A stretch of DNA of 64,000 bases from Amoebophrya sp. A120 (GCA_905178155.1 CAJINV010000020.1:558001-622000); one strand, 5' to 3'; shown: positions 1 to 12,798, numbered from the stretch's first letter. Translations and numbers: made by a program. The notes: a model not told the origin generated them from the letters alone.

Positions 1-1433
1 AACGTATCTTCACGCAGGACTCGCCGCGGAGCGCCGGGGCCGCCGCCGCGGGAAGCTGGATTGGGTATAAGTACTTACTCTCACAGCTCGTATGGGTGGC
101 AATTTAAATTCTGCAACACATTGCGGTTCGTCGTCTATCGAACCTTCTATGTACAATTTCAGGATCAGGTCACCTGTACTCGAGGCCGTGTTCTTGTTTT
201 GTTGATAAGTAGTTTTTGGAAGCCACGTTGTCGTTGAAACACGATTTGACGAAAACGAAAATCGAAACCAATTCTCCAGTTCTGTGGCTGGCGCGAGCCT
301 TGGCGCGAGCGTTGCCTCCACGACCGGCACAGCGGCCGCCGCGAGCTACAGCGCCACCGCGTCCGCGCACTTTGGGGCCGCGGCGTACACTATCGAATGC
401 AAATATGTCTGGGTCTGGAAACTTGTGATGCTGAATGGTCGTGATTGACTGCGCCTCAAAGTGCAGTATAGCATGACAAATGTTTCATACGCTTTGTCAT
501 GCGCAGAACGCATTACAAACTGCGCTTTCATTGCATGACGAAATTCTGGCGCTTTATTTGCTGCTTATGCATTACAGATTTTCATTACGAATGCGAAACA
601 TCCAATACAGGTTCAACCTTTCCAGACCCAGACACACTTGCATTTGATATACACGCTCGGGGCGGTGGAGGGCGGGTCGATCGCCACCAGCATCTATCAA
701 ATGCAAATATCCCTGGATCATGTCTGGAAGGATGCAACTTGTCATGCTGTCCTTGGATTCGAAAAAAATCTGTATTGCGTAAGCACCAAAGAGGCATCTA
801 CTTCATGAGGCCCTGCCTCAGAAAATCTGTGATGCTACCGCATACATCACAGACGTCATGGGTCATACAAAAGCTGCATGACAAGTCTTCCCATCTTCCA
901 GACCTCCAGACACATTTGCATTTGATAGCATCCTTGCCGCCACGTCGCTGGGGGCGGCCGGGGCCGTGGTTGGCGCGGGTATCCTCTGCAAAAGTAGCGT
1001 ATTCGTATTGCAATCATGCATTACAAATCTTTTTGTTAAGTCAAATCCGCATTACAAATTTTCTTTCTCATGCGGAGGGAATTTGTAATGCATTTATACG
1101 AGTACGATACTTTTGCAGTGTATAGCGGGCGCGGCGCTGCTGATCAAGAACCACCTGCTCGCGCACGAGGCCGGTAAAGCAGACCGGACGAGCCAGTACT
1201 TGGAATCCGCTCTACACCTGTTCGAGGACTCCCAGGATCCGTTTGGGCACCTGGACGTCATCCTGGGCTTCGACGATGTGGAAGAAAATCGTCAAGCCGC
1301 GCCGAACACCAGTACAACTAGCGAAACTTCCGCTCCTCCGCAAGTGGCGCTGGGCTGGTACGCGATACCCATTTCGCCCGCGGAAGCTGAACGGAGCCAC
1401 AACACAGGGGCAGCTGCACAACCTGGTGGTTGA
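1..1433 (+). CDS. 5'-partial gene, Ala/Gly-rich hydrophobic (glycine-zipper-like) protein; exons ~1-64, 280-390, 655-694, 933-979, 1130-1433
   Basis: One GT-AG intron (65-279) and three introners. The spliced frame is open: ...SWIGSVAGASLG...AAAYTLGAVEGGSIATSILAATSLGAAGAVVGAGAALLIKNH...PGG*. Confidence 0.7.
391..649. mobile_element. Introner element, family A
   Basis: TIR tatcgaatgcaaatatgtctgggtctggaa ... ttccagacccagacacacttgcatttgata; direct repeat tacac at 386-390 and 650-654. Confidence 0.9.
695..927. mobile_element. Introner element, family A
   Basis: TIR tatcaaatgcaaat ... atttgcatttgata; direct repeat gcatc at 690-694 and 928-932. Confidence 0.9.
980..1124. mobile_element. Introner element, family B
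   Basis: TIR tatcctctgcaaaagtagcgtattcgta ... tacgagtacgatacttttgcagtgtata; direct repeat gcggg. Confidence 0.9.
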
Positions 1434-2146
1434 GCTGCAAGTTATTGGACGTCGTTCTCTCTGTCGATAGAAATAATAGAATGGAGTTGTATAAAAATGC
1501 AAATGGCTCGCATGATCATCGATGTACATCTGTGTCGAAAGAAGAGGCACGACTAGGTTTTCTTGTGACCACCTCGAGTCGACTTTTTCTTGATTAAGCA
1601 GTGCACAGTGAGCACGACAGACATTCCTGCCAGTCAATCGCTTATCGTCCATCCAATGTTGCGTCGTCAACGTATCGTACATGGTATTTTTTGTTGCAGA
1701 AACCATAAAGAACATGCACATGGCTTCAAGTATGCAATTCGTTCGTAGGAGTAGGGCAAATATTTGCAGCGTCGCGATGAATCGTATATATTCGTTTCCG
1801 TTCGTGATAGTGATTGACGTTGACAGTGAGCTGCCTGCGTGCCCAAGGAAGATACTCATACGGATGTGTTCCACAACTATTGCAATCCTAAGAAAGTATT
1901 TTGTATTCCACATTTATCCATACCACAGGATCTTTTGAATTTCTTACACTTGGGCTTTGTACAAGTAGTTCAGGATTTGTACTCTTCTAGGTTTCACCTC
2001 CACCACCTCGCTCAAGCATTGTTTCTTGGTTTCAGTCTTTCCAGGGTCGATTGTTTTAAGTCCTCGGATTCGGAAAATCCTCGTGATATACCAGCCCGTC
2101 GAACCTGCCGTCATCGTCATTGAAGGAGGGCACTCACATAGAAAAC

Positions 2147-5100
2147 ATGTCGGGGCAGCTGTCGCGCAAGAATTTCTCCGTCGGCTTTGGCATCGACGAG
2201 CCAGGTTATGGTTTGCTGATTTACATGCAACCGGGATTGCGGAAAGGCTACCGACAGTTCGTTCGGCAAGTTTTTGACCCCAGCAACAGTGATTTCGAGG
2301 CATGGAACGGGAATGCGCTTCTGGGTAGTTTCGAGTTTGTCGAGATACAAAATCAGCGTCGGCCCGGCGACGAGGGATCTCGGGTTGTTTATGAGCCGAG
2401 CATCGGAAGGGCGATATTGAATGACATGACTTCGTGGCTCGGGAATAATGGGCTGTCCGAGAAAAGAAAGAGGGATGCAGTGCGGACAAAAGCTACGGCA
2501 ACAGCAAGGGCTGCCGCGCAGCGACGTGAAGATACCAACCAAACTCCTGCTAACGCAGGTCGGGCGTTCGATCCCTTGCAAGTACCGACGAATCAAGCCC
2601 AGAAATCTTCACCTGAACAGCCGGCTGCCTCGTCAGAAGCAATTTGTCCGGCTTCTCCCCTGCCGCCATGCAGTCATGATGCAGAGCCGGTGTCGGAATA
2701 CTCCTACGATCGCACCGAGCGGTTCTACGCCCGGGTGCCTGTGAGTGTTAGAATTACGGGCGACATCCCGATAAAGCCTCGCGAAGTGTCGCTCATACCG
2801 CGAGGCGGGTGGATTGTGGACAAGAAAAGCAACTACGCTGTTGCTCAGATCGCGGATCCTCTCATCGCGGGGTCCGTGGAGCAGCTCTGCTGGATGCCGA
2901 ACGTGCGGATTGACCCCGAGCACTCCAAAACGACGGCCCTCCTCGACGTTTGTGGCACACCCTGCATTTTGTCTGACTGGGAGGAGCAGTTGCTCCGCGA
3001 ACAAAAATTTAATGACGAGGAGTCAGAAGAAGCCTGGATTCGCAAAAACTGCGAACCGAGCCTGCTGAACTTGCAGGAGCTGGATCAGTGCTTGAAGCAG
3101 TTGCAGACGCAGCTTGGAACCAATTTTCCGTACGCCACGACGGGGCTTCCCAACAAGTACCTGGAAAACCAAAAAGACAAATTTAAATTTTCACCCCGCG
3201 ACCGGCCGGAAACGAAAGAAAAAAAGACGCCCAAGGCGAAGGCGAAAAGTTCAGCGCGATCCAGGTCTTCCGATTCTTTGGAGGCAGAGTTTGACACGAT
3301 ATTGCGGCAAGTGATACCCTTGCAGCAACCCAGCTATAACGACATGCCTTCGCTGAGCGTGCGTTTGGGCAAACCTTTTGATGTGCTGGCGGAGTACCAA
3401 CAAAAAGCTTTGTGGTGGATGGTCGAGCATGAGTTGCGCTGGCCGCATTTGAGTGGTGGAATCTTGGCCGATGATATGGGGCTCGGGAAGACTGTCACCT
3501 GTGCTGCCCTGCTCCACCACACAGAATACTTACTCGAGCAGGCAGGAGATGCAAACGCCCAGAAAGTGCAGCACGCCCTAGCGGAGAAGATCAAAATGTG
3601 CATCGATCCCGCCCAGGAAATCAGTCGCAGGACGCTCGTCGTGGCACCAAAAAGCGTACTTGAGGTGTGGAAGTCAACACTGGAAAGAGCACTGCGCATT
3701 TCCCCGCAACAAATTAACGTCTACCACGAAAAAACAAAGCGGCGACCAGCCGATACCCCGACTTTCTCAATTACAATCACCACGTATACAACGTTCAGGA
3801 TGAACTGCGCGGACCTGGACGGCTCAGATCTCAACGGCGGGTGGCAGCGCGTCATTCTTGACGAAGGGCATGAGATTCGGAACGAAACAACGCTAGCTGC
3901 CATGTGTCTTACGAAATCACTAAAGGCGAGAACGCGTTGGGTCGTTTCTGGGACGCCGGTTGTCAACAATGTCAAAGACCTCCGATCAATCTTCAAGTTC
4001 CTTCACTATGAACCCTTCAACTCGGATGAATTTTTCCGAGACTTCGTGCCGATCAACGCAAAAGGTGAGGCCACCCGCGACGGGCTGCTGCGAATGCACC
4101 GTCTTGTCCAAGCTATCATGCTCCGCCGGTCGAAAACCCAGCTGAAAAAATGGGGGCTCTTTCCGGTTCCCGAAAAGATTGAGCGCAAGGAACTGGTGAC
4201 GCTTAACGACAAAGAGCAGCAGTGTTATGAGTTGTTGACCTGTGAGGACGGCAATGCAGCCAAAAACGTGCTCGCTTTGATGACCTACGCTCGTCAGTCG
4301 GTGCTACACCCCGGGCTGCCGTCGTTAAAAGACCACCTCCACGGCGAAGAGGACTTGCTGCAAGCCGTGCAGCCCGGAGGGCCACAGGGCCTGGTTTCCT
4401 CCAAGATGAAGAAGGTCGCGGAGATTGTGTTCGACCGCCATGATCCAAAAGCCACCCAGGGCGAGCCCGTCGTCGTTTTCTCCTTCTTCAAGTCCTTTTT
4501 CCCCTTGTTGCGGTCGTTCCTCGAGAAATGTGCGGAGGAGCGTGGACTTGCGTCCTTTCGAGTCGCCGTGATTGACGGGGACACGCCCGTGGCGAAGAGG
4601 GAGACTACGGTGCGGGACTTCCAGAGCGGGGACGTCGCTGTTCTGCTCTGCACGCTGAAGACGGGTGGTGTTGGCTTGACGCTGACCCGCGGCCGGACCG
4701 CGATTCTGTGCGACCCCTGGTGGAATCGCCCCATGGAGACCCAGGCAATCGACCGCATCCATCGTCGCGGATCCATCTATCCGAGCATCAACGTGTACCG
4801 CTTGATCGCGAAGGGCACAATCGAGGAACGAATTTTGGAACTGCAAGAAATGAAGAATTTTCAGAAGGAAGGGCTCATTGACGCCAAGGACCAGCGGTAC
4901 TTGGAAAGCATTCCCGAGCGCCAGCGGAACAAACTCTTCACGCCAATGAACGACGAAGAACGTCGAGCTCTGCAGGTCGAGGATGACGCCACGACAAGAC
5001 AAGCGACAGAATCCGACGATGCGAATCCGCAGTGGGCAGCGTATGACGACAATGTTGTGATGATGAGCGACGTTGACAACAGCGACGGCGACTCGGAGTC

Positions 5101-5206
5101 AGGGAGTTACCGCACCCAGCGACCAATGGTCATACAGGACCCAAGATCCTACATAGCTGCGAATCTTGTTGACTTCTTGCGCACTCACTTTTTCCCGCAG
5201 GGGTAG
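2147..5206 (+). CDS. SNF2-family (Rad5/Rad16/TTF2-like) helicase/ATPase, apparently intronless
   Basis: Motifs GGILADDMGLGKT, TLVVAPKSVL, RVILDEGH, SGTPVVN, MLRRSK, VVVFSFF, GGVGLTLT, DPWWN and QAIDRIHR. First in-frame ATG is at 2147. Confidence 0.92.
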   Translation: MSGQLSRKNFSVGFGIDEPGYGLLIYMQPGLRKGYRQFVRQVFDPSNSDFEAWNGNALLGSFEFVEIQNQRRPGDEGSRVVYEPSIGRAILNDMTSWLGNNGLSEKRKRDAVRTKATATARAAAQRREDTNQTPANAGRAFDPLQVPTNQAQKSSPEQPAASSEAICPASPLPPCSHDAEPVSEYSYDRTERFYARVPVSVRITGDIPIKPREVSLIPRGGWIVDKKSNYAVAQIADPLIAGSVEQLCWMPNVRIDPEHSKTTALLDVCGTPCILSDWEEQLLREQKFNDEESEEAWIRKNCEPSLLNLQELDQCLKQLQTQLGTNFPYATTGLPNKYLENQKDKFKFSPRDRPETKEKKTPKAKAKSSARSRSSDSLEAEFDTILRQVIPLQQPSYNDMPSLSVRLGKPFDVLAEYQQKALWWMVEHELRWPHLSGGILADDMGLGKTVTCAALLHHTEYLLEQAGDANAQKVQHALAEKIKMCIDPAQEISRRTLVVAPKSVLEVWKSTLERALRISPQQINVYHEKTKRRPADTPTFSITITTYTTFRMNCADLDGSDLNGGWQRVILDEGHEIRNETTLAAMCLTKSLKARTRWVVSGTPVVNNVKDLRSIFKFLHYEPFNSDEFFRDFVPINAKGEATRDGLLRMHRLVQAIMLRRSKTQLKKWGLFPVPEKIERKELVTLNDKEQQCYELLTCEDGNAAKNVLALMTYARQSVLHPGLPSLKDHLHGEEDLLQAVQPGGPQGLVSSKMKKVAEIVFDRHDPKATQGEPVVVFSFFKSFFPLLRSFLEKCAEERGLASFRVAVIDGDTPVAKRETTVRDFQSGDVAVLLCTLKTGGVGLTLTRGRTAILCDPWWNRPMETQAIDRIHRRGSIYPSINVYRLIAKGTIEERILELQEMKNFQKEGLIDAKDQRYLESIPERQRNKLFTPMNDEERRALQVEDDATTRQATESDDANPQWAAYDDNVVMMSDVDNSDGDSESGSYRTQRPMVIQDPRSYIAANLVDFLRTHFFPQG

Positions 5207-5865
5207 CAGGAACACGTTTTTTCTGATCGAGAATTACAGTTAGTGTTAGATAGAACTATGAGGAAAAACAGGAGTCCTGTTTTCGTTTCACTGGAGAGTT
5301 GCAAAAGTAACATATACCTTCCCTTGAGACGGACCCGCGCCGTAGTCTAGTTGACCAAGCTGGTCCTGCCGCCCAAACCTCATCAATACAACTCCGGGAG
5401 GTTTTTCATAAATTCGAATGTGCGCTTCCACAATCCACATTATGACGCAGAATAAAAATCATGATGATGAACTAAAGCTACTCTCCTAGTTGCGCTCTGA
5501 TGTGCTCGATCAGACAAACCGATGTGGATCTATTAGCCAGGCAAGAATCTGAATCTTTTGCTAAGCCAATGCCATTTCAGCTATAATAAAAATACTTACG
5601 TAACTCCGTGTCGAAGAGGAGAATCCAACGCGGATGTGGCAAAGCATTTAAAAAATGTGTTCGTGATAGCCGCCTTTCTGCCAGGCCTAGATCACTTTTC
5701 GTTTTTTGCGGCCCACAGTTTTCGGTATCAGAGGATCCACCCGAGGATCCAGCTGTGTTCTGCAGCAAAGATATATTCATCCTGTACTACCTGTTCCTTT
5801 GTTGCGACAACCAACCGGGGCTGCTTGTAGTTGTACCTAATGCAACATCTTGCAACTGTAGCGTC

Positions 5866-8690
5866 ATGTTGGACTATCATTGGGTTTGGGAGGCCTATGT
5901 CGTCTGTTGTGTTATTGTGTCTGTGATCGTTTTCGTCTTCGTGGCGCAAACACCTTTGTCAACATCGCAAATCGTATCGTGGGTCCTCGGGACGACTCAT
6001 AGCCGACAAGGTTTGCAGATAGCAGCGGACTGCTCGTCCAATTTGCGTGACGTCAATACGTGGCCCAGTCTGGATGGAGCACGCGCACGCGCACAGAGGG
6101 AGAAAGGAGAGCAAGATGAACGGAGTGTGAATCTGGCATCTCGCCCCTCGCATCCCGGAACCGGAAGTGATTTTGACGAGGAGACAAAATTACAAGACGG
6201 TATTTTACTCGGTGGTACACGTGCTGAGTCACGCTTTCCACCAAGTCGCAGCGACACAACGGAAAGAGATGACGGCTCCCCGGGGCTGCGGCAGAATTCA
6301 ACATCGCTCTACGAATCCTTCGACACGTCCCGTCTTGAAGACGACCTCGGCGAGAACGAGTGGAGCAGAGGTGACGCGGGCAGTCTCAGTCAAGCAGGTG
6401 ACGATCTAAATGGTCGACCACACAGAGATGCGGAGTCCTCAAAAAAACCGTGTAAGTCAAACACCTCGCCCGACATGGTCTCCTTCAGCGCAGGTGAATA
6501 TGACCACGCCGCGCTTCCAAGGGGAGCCGCCTCAGACAAACTGAAAGCGAGCCTGAGGCAGTTTTGGGAAAGCGCGGAGGGCCTCGCGTTGCGATCTCGG
6601 CTGCAGATGGAGGCTCTGGAGGAAAAAACAACCGAGCCATACCTGATACGCGACCTGGACCACGCTCTGTGCTTGCGCTACGCCTGGCAGCTGGACGCCA
6701 CGGACCGAAAGGCCGCGCTTGGACCGTTTTTTCCGGCCAAGTACTTTCTTCAGGAGGAGGAGGATGCCAAAGGGGATGAACTCCAAGCACATGCGGCGAA
6801 GAAAATAAATGAGATGACCACAACGCGCAAGCTGAACAAAACCTCAGGTCTCCACCCTGCCTGCATCTACGCGCTGCGCTTGACGCACCGGGCTGGCCGG
6901 TGCGGGCGGGCGGTGTGCAAGCTAGACAACACTGACTGCGTCAAGCTCGGGATGACCAAGCATTTGGGGTTTTCCTGTCAGCATTGCGGGGTGAAAAACC
7001 TCGGAAAGAGAGCGAGAGTGGCCTTTTACATGGAAATGGACCCGGAAAACGTACATGGTGAAAGCGCATTTTTCTTTCGAAAGGAGTTGGACTGCGAGCT
7101 GACGGCAAACATTTACGAACGCTGGCTGAAAAAGCGCGCCTGGGAGGTGTACGGGTTCCCAGTGCAGCACTTGGAATACTTTCCCATTTGTTCAAGTTCG
7201 TCTTCCAGCTCCGGCGCGGCAAGTACTTCAAGTGCAGCCAGATTGTATTATCCGTCATCTTCATCGTCATCCTCGTCTTCTGCAAGCAGGCGTGAAGACC
7301 TATCGCTCATAGGAAAAAACAGCGTTGGTCTCAAGAACTCCAGTCGCAGCAGCAGACGCGGCCCCGCCTCGGTAAGCGAGTTCCAGGCCTATCTTTTACG
7401 AGAAATTGAGGCTCTGGAAACAAACGCGCGCGCCATCCCCGAGGGAGATCTCGACCTGCGGTTCCGGGCTTTTTACGACCATGGGATGTTTCTGCTGCAG
7501 CACGGCCGCTATCCTGTGCAAAAGTATCGCGTGAGTAGTGCCCGCGCTGCAAATTAGAAAACAAAGCGGGCAGGGGACTCGCATAGCGGACCCGTCAGGA
7601 ACGATGCCGCCCGGCTTCGTCCAGATAGTTGACAGCGGCCGCGTCGTTGGTGGCGATTCCGTCTGCGTATACTCGATGCCGGCGCACCTCGTCACCGACC
7701 TGCAGAAACAAAAACCGCGCGAAGGAGGCCTCGGGCTGGGCGGCAACGGAATCGGCTCGACTGTGGTGTTTCCACGCAGGCCGGAGACTGGGGGGCGCCG
7801 CGTTGCGCCTGCTCCCGGAGAACAGAGGGAGGACCCTCGCAGACCGCTGCGGCGGCAGTGACTGCGACGGGGCTGCTAGCCGATTTCGCCACCGCCGACG
7901 GATTCCAGCCGTCCGGCTCCGCCCGCCCGCGGGTTCTTCCTTCGAAGAGTTTGAGGGGCCGCACTTGGCAAAGCAGCAAGCGGCGTGCGCCGACGGCGCC
8001 AGCTTCGACCGCGGCCCCTTTGGCATTTGTCGCCAAGCGGGTGGCCTTCATCGGCGCCCCGTGGCATGCTGCGCCGCCATCGACCCAACTCGCGCCGGCC
8101 AAGCAAAGCGCGGAGGTAGAGCGCTGCCGGCCTGAAGCAATGCACTGCGTGCCCGACGCGTGGAAGATCCTCCGCGCGGTGCTGGACAGTAGTGCCCTGC
8201 CGCTCCTCGCCCTACCTGGAGGGCCTGAGAACTTTCCAGGGTGTTTTGGTCTGCGATGGGGATTTGTTTGCAGTGCAATTGCGCGCATAACTGCGTCTGC
8301 AATTGCGACGGGCGCGATACTTTTGCAACTCATAGCCGCCCGATCTTCCAAGACCACGCGGACCTCGACCTGTCGACGTGCTCATCTAGAGGTTGCACAC
8401 AACGCCTTGACAGATCGGGCGTTTTGGTTCCGGCCCTGCGGTTCGGGCGGAAGTACCGTCGCAGGGGACTGCTGGAGGACGACGATAGCTCTTCTGGCAC
8501 GGAGGCAGTTCGGGATGGGGAACCTCTTTGCGACGACGCTAACGCCGGGAATGATCATGATCCAACCGAACTACAACGCGAGAAGGGCGACGAACTAGTC
8601 CAAGACCACGATCGTGCACCAGGGCAAACTACCCGGAGGAAGATGGGCAAAGCTGCTGTTCGACGCCGGACAGGGTGGGCCGGGAACTAG
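5866..8690 (+). CDS. Hypothetical protein with N-terminal TM segment and a GIY-YIG/T5orf172-like region; exons ~5866-7509, 8340-8690
   Basis: Long ORF interrupted by introner 7510-8334; excision joins LLQHGR|PIFQDH in frame. Hydrophobic stretch YVVCCVIVSVIVFVFV; motif IYALR...VKLGMT...KR...YERWLK...EYF. Start codon uncertain. Confidence 0.65.
7510..8334. mobile_element. Oversized (825 bp) family-B introner carrying GC-rich cargo
   Basis: Left end tatcctgtgcaaaagtatcgcg, right end cgcgatacttttgcaactcata; direct repeat gccgc at 7505-7509 and 8335-8339. Confidence 0.85.
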
Positions 8691-9074
8691 GCAGGCTGGT
8701 GCTCCTGTTCAAAGTACTTAAGTGCTATATAATGCAGTGATATTCTTCGCTGTGAGAAGCAACCGGCTGTTCATCTACTTGTGCTGCGTGCTGAGGACGA
8801 GGAGCTGTGCGGCTCCGAAGGCTTATGAACCATAAAGCGCTTCCGTAGACGAGTGAGGCGGAGATCATGTAGAGGACGTTGAGGTAATCATACTAGGAGA
8901 CTAAGCTGCGACAGCACCAACCGCAGAACTAGCTGCGCTCGTCCATGATGATACTGAGTTTTACGCTGTTGTAGTTTTTGCACGGCACCGCCAGCACATT
9001 CTTGTTCACGCCGCATCAAGGTCGTCTAGCATTGATTTGTTCTGAAGGGTCGCGACGAGGATCGAAAAGAGACG

Positions 9075-12036
9075 ATGACAGCGCCCGCCTTCTCGCGCAG
9101 AATTTTCGACTGGCGCCGGCTCCGCGCAAAGGCGGAGCGGTTTCAGGCGGAGATGAAGTCTGGCGGACTTTTTACCCAGGAAACGGGCACGACCGGTAGT
9201 GCAAGAACCAGTAGCCCCCGCGTAGTACTACAAAGAACGCCGCCACGGCAGAAGTTCCAGTTGCCGAAGATGAGGGTTTACACGCACTCCTCCTACACGA
9301 TGCCCCTGCCCGCGAACCACCGATTCCCGATGCACCGTTACAAGGCGGTGCACGCGCACCTGGCCGAAATTTTGTCGACCAAGGGCGCTGCGTGGACGGT
9401 TCCACAGGAACTACTCGAAAATGGCACGGGAGGCCATGCAGCTGCTTTCAGTGGTCGTGAAGTCGTTGAAGATGAAGAGGAAGACCGCAACGCTGCGACC
9501 CTGCGGCGCGCGCTCATGTCCCCGTTGACTTCGTCCGTAGTGGAGGGCCGCGACTTGAAAAACGCAGGAACTACTACGCTTTCACCGGTAGAAGAAACAT
9601 GCCCGCTCGACGTAGTTCAGGGGCGTGAAAGAGATCCTGCTGCACAACTGCGAGAAGCGCTACCCTCCCCAGACGCGCTTCTCCGCATCGACACCGATGC
9701 GCGGCTTGCGACGCGCGAGGAGGCCGAGCTGATCCACGAGAAAAGTTACATCGACGCGTTTGAAGCGGGCGAGATCCCCACGCGGGCGCTCGGATTTCCC
9801 TGGTCGCCGGCGCTGGTGGAGCGCACCTACCGCATTCTGGGTGGGACGCTGGACGCCGTCGAGGACGTGCTGCTGCAAACAGGGCTGAAGAGGTTCAGCT
9901 TGTTGGGAGATCCTGTTGATACTACAGGAACTACAAGTCTTCACGAAACGAGGCGAGATGAACAAGCCTCCTCCTCCTTCTTCTTTGCCGGCGGCAACCT
10001 GGCCGGGGGAACCCACCACGCGTTTCCTGGCTCGGCGGAAGGTTTTTGTGTATACAACGATCTGGCGGTGGCTGCGCGCTACGCACAGGAATTGTTATTG
10101 GCTGTTCAATATGCATTGCAAAAGTATCGTACTAGTATAAATCGCAATACAAATTTTTCCAGAAGAAAGAATCGAATTTGTAATGCTGATTCGGCTAAGA
10201 AACAAGATTTGTCATGCATGATTGCGATTAGTTTTAGTACGAGTACGATACTTTTGCACAGGATATTCAACATTGGGACGAAGGCGAAGGTCGTGGTGGA
10301 GGAAATGAAACAAGAAGTGGAGACGATGAGGATGAAGCGCAAGCGTTTTGTCGAAGGGTACTTCTGGGAGGAAAAGGAGGACGACCAAGAGCAGCTGCCG
10401 CACCAACAGAGGGTGCACAATCAGAACGAAAAAGCATGAAGATGTTGACGAAGAGGAACAAGAAGCCACAAAAGTTACAGGTGGTTATCATCGACGTGGA
10501 CGTTCATCTATGCACTGCAAATGCATCGTACTCGTAGTAAGTATTGCAATACAAATTAGCTCAGCATGAGAAATGGAATTTGTCATGCTGATTTAGGTTG
10601 AAAAAGAAATTTGTCTTGCATGACTTTGACTGCGATTAGTACGACTACGATGCTTTTGCGCAGGATATCATCAGGGCAACGGCACCGCTGCCTGCGTCGC
10701 GGAAGACCCGTCGATTTTGACCTTTTCCCTGCACTACGAAGAGCAAATACAACTTCATGTCTGGGTCTGGAAAGTTGGAACTTGTCTAGTAGGCTAGCTT
10801 TACATACATAAACGTAATTCCTGAGTGGAAATCAATATTTATATTGCATCTGAAAACCAACAAAAGTCGCAGGAGCCTCTTCTGTGACGCAGTTTCTGTA
10901 TCTGTTTCCTTTCTTTGTGGACTGCCTGTGCTTTGTGGACCGCCTAAAAAGTTTTAGCGCTCTGCATAAAATGAGAAAGCGTTCTGAACAGAAGTTGTCA
11001 TGCTGGGCTGCTGCTGCATTCGGAAGTGTTTCCGTCATCCACATTTTTTGAGCATCACAGAATTCCAGACTCCAAGACGTATTTGCATGTGATATGCACG
11101 CCGAGCGCAACTACCCTTTCGGCGACCGGCGGCGGACCAGCGACGTGGAGCGCAACGTGGACAACACCGTGCGGGAGCGCGAGTATTTGCTCGCGCTGCA
11201 GGACGGACTGCGGGAAGTGGACGACAAACTCGCCGCGGTGGGTAAAGCGGGAGGCACGCTACTAGCAGATGATGGAAAAAGTGCGACCCCTGGTGCAGGA
11301 GATCAAGTACAACAAGAACAACCGCAGCTGCTCGTTCTCTTCCAGGCAGGTGTGGACCCGCTCGCGGAGGACCGGTTAGGGAAGCTAAAACTTTCCCGTG
11401 GCACTATGAAATGCAAAAGCATCGTACTAGTAGAAATCGCATCACAAATTTCCTCAGCATTACAAATTTGTAATGCTGATTTGCCTTGAGGAAGAAATTT
11501 GTAATGCATAAGGGCAATTACTACGAGCGCGATACTTTTGCACAGGATAGGGACCCTGTGGAAACGAAATCAGCTGGTGCTCGATTGGGTTCTACGCAAA
11601 AGTTCAAACGAATCTCGCTATTGCACACGTATCAATGAAGTTGTCCGGTCAAAAATTGAAATACGAAAAGTATTTATGATCTTTCAAGTTGAAAGAACAT
11701 GTACATGATGATGATCACGGAGCTGTAAAAAATTCTATATTTGATGCGTTCTACTTCGTGCCCCTCTGCACACCACCCCGTGAAGGTTCAATGAAAGGTT
11801 CAATTATGATGATGATGATGATGATGATTCTTGATCTCACCACGCAGAAGTCTTGGAATTTTTACGAATGCTGCGATAGTAGTTTTGCATAAGTATACCT
11901 CCGACGGAAGAACGCGCCAGTGGTGATCACGATGGGCGGAGGGTACTCTCGACCAATCGACTTCTCGGTGAAAGCCCATTGCGATGTGTACCTGCAAGCT
12001 GCGGCGGCAGCCTGGGGGTCGTCGTTTTCGTTATAA
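9075..12036 (+). CDS. Zn-dependent histone deacetylase-family protein (HDAC11/AcuC-like)
   Basis: Spliced motifs HRFPMHRY, AGGTHHA..EGFCVYND, IIDVDVHQGNGT, FSLHAERNYPF, FQAGVDPLAEDRLG and ITMGGGYS. Four introners plus one degenerate intron (~11589-11895, exact borders unclear). Confidence 0.9.
10110..10265. mobile_element. Introner element, family B
   Basis: tatgcattgcaaaagtatcgtac ... gtacgatacttttgcacaggata; direct repeat ttcaa. Confidence 0.9.
10509..10667. mobile_element. Introner element, family B, splitting the HDAC DVHQG motif
   Basis: tatgcactgcaaatgcatcgta ... tacgatgcttttgcgcaggata; direct repeat tcatc. Confidence 0.9.
10735..11094. mobile_element. Introner element, family A (diverged)
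   Basis: tacgaagagcaaatac...gtctgggtctggaa ... ttccagactccaagacgtatttgcatgtgata; direct repeat tgcac. Confidence 0.85.
11405..11549. mobile_element. Introner element, family B
   Basis: tatgaaatgcaaaagcatcgtac ... gcgatacttttgcacaggata; repeat ggcac/gggac. Confidence 0.88.
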
Positions 12037-12798
12037 GTGATTGTCTTGCTCTTGCTCTTGTCGGGTTTTAAGTAGTTTCTGTAGGAGTTGATGTGAACTA
12101 CCACACGACGGCATGCTCCGACATTAGGACCACGCGAAAGATGAAAAAGTGAAATTTGTGCTGAAGATGAAGCTCGTAAAAAGGAAAGAGCAACAGCATA
12201 GACATTAAAGCTGCAAGAGCGCAGTGTATAATTACCATCCTGCCACCAGACTAAAAAGCACAATCCGCCGCGGTGGTGTTTTGATCCGAGCTTCGCAATT
12301 AGTCATCGACAGCTTCGCACATGTTCCTCTTCTAGTCAAAGATCTACCTCCTTGTTTTAGAAGAAAAATAGCACCGCTGAACTTTCGCACCACCGTGCAA
12401 TGCTGTAGGAGACGACTCGAGGCGGAGATCTTGTACCGAAAATGTCATTTTTGACATAGCACGACCAAAATTTTATGAAGCAAACCACGAGTAGGAATAC
12501 GAATATTATATAAATATTTATAACTACCACGACAGATGAAGATGAACAAGGAAAAGGATGACGAGTTAGGATCAATCCACTTTCCGAAGTTCTCTAGTTT
12601 TTACATGTTCGTGATTGGTAAAAAAAAAGCAAACTTCATCAACATTGTCGTGACAAAACCACTGCACAACTTTCTCCCTCTGATGTGGCAGCCCGTAATT
12701 TGCGCGATTTTCGAAGATTTTTGAACAAACAAGTTCTCCTGTTCCTCTCGGTACTATTGAAACTTCTCGCCTTCTTGCAAGAACAACAGACACCTACC

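Noticed and set aside
11589-11897. Last HDAC intron as a further introner
   Set aside because: It has remnant gcaaaag/ttttgc ends but no direct repeat or consistent register, so it was not counted.
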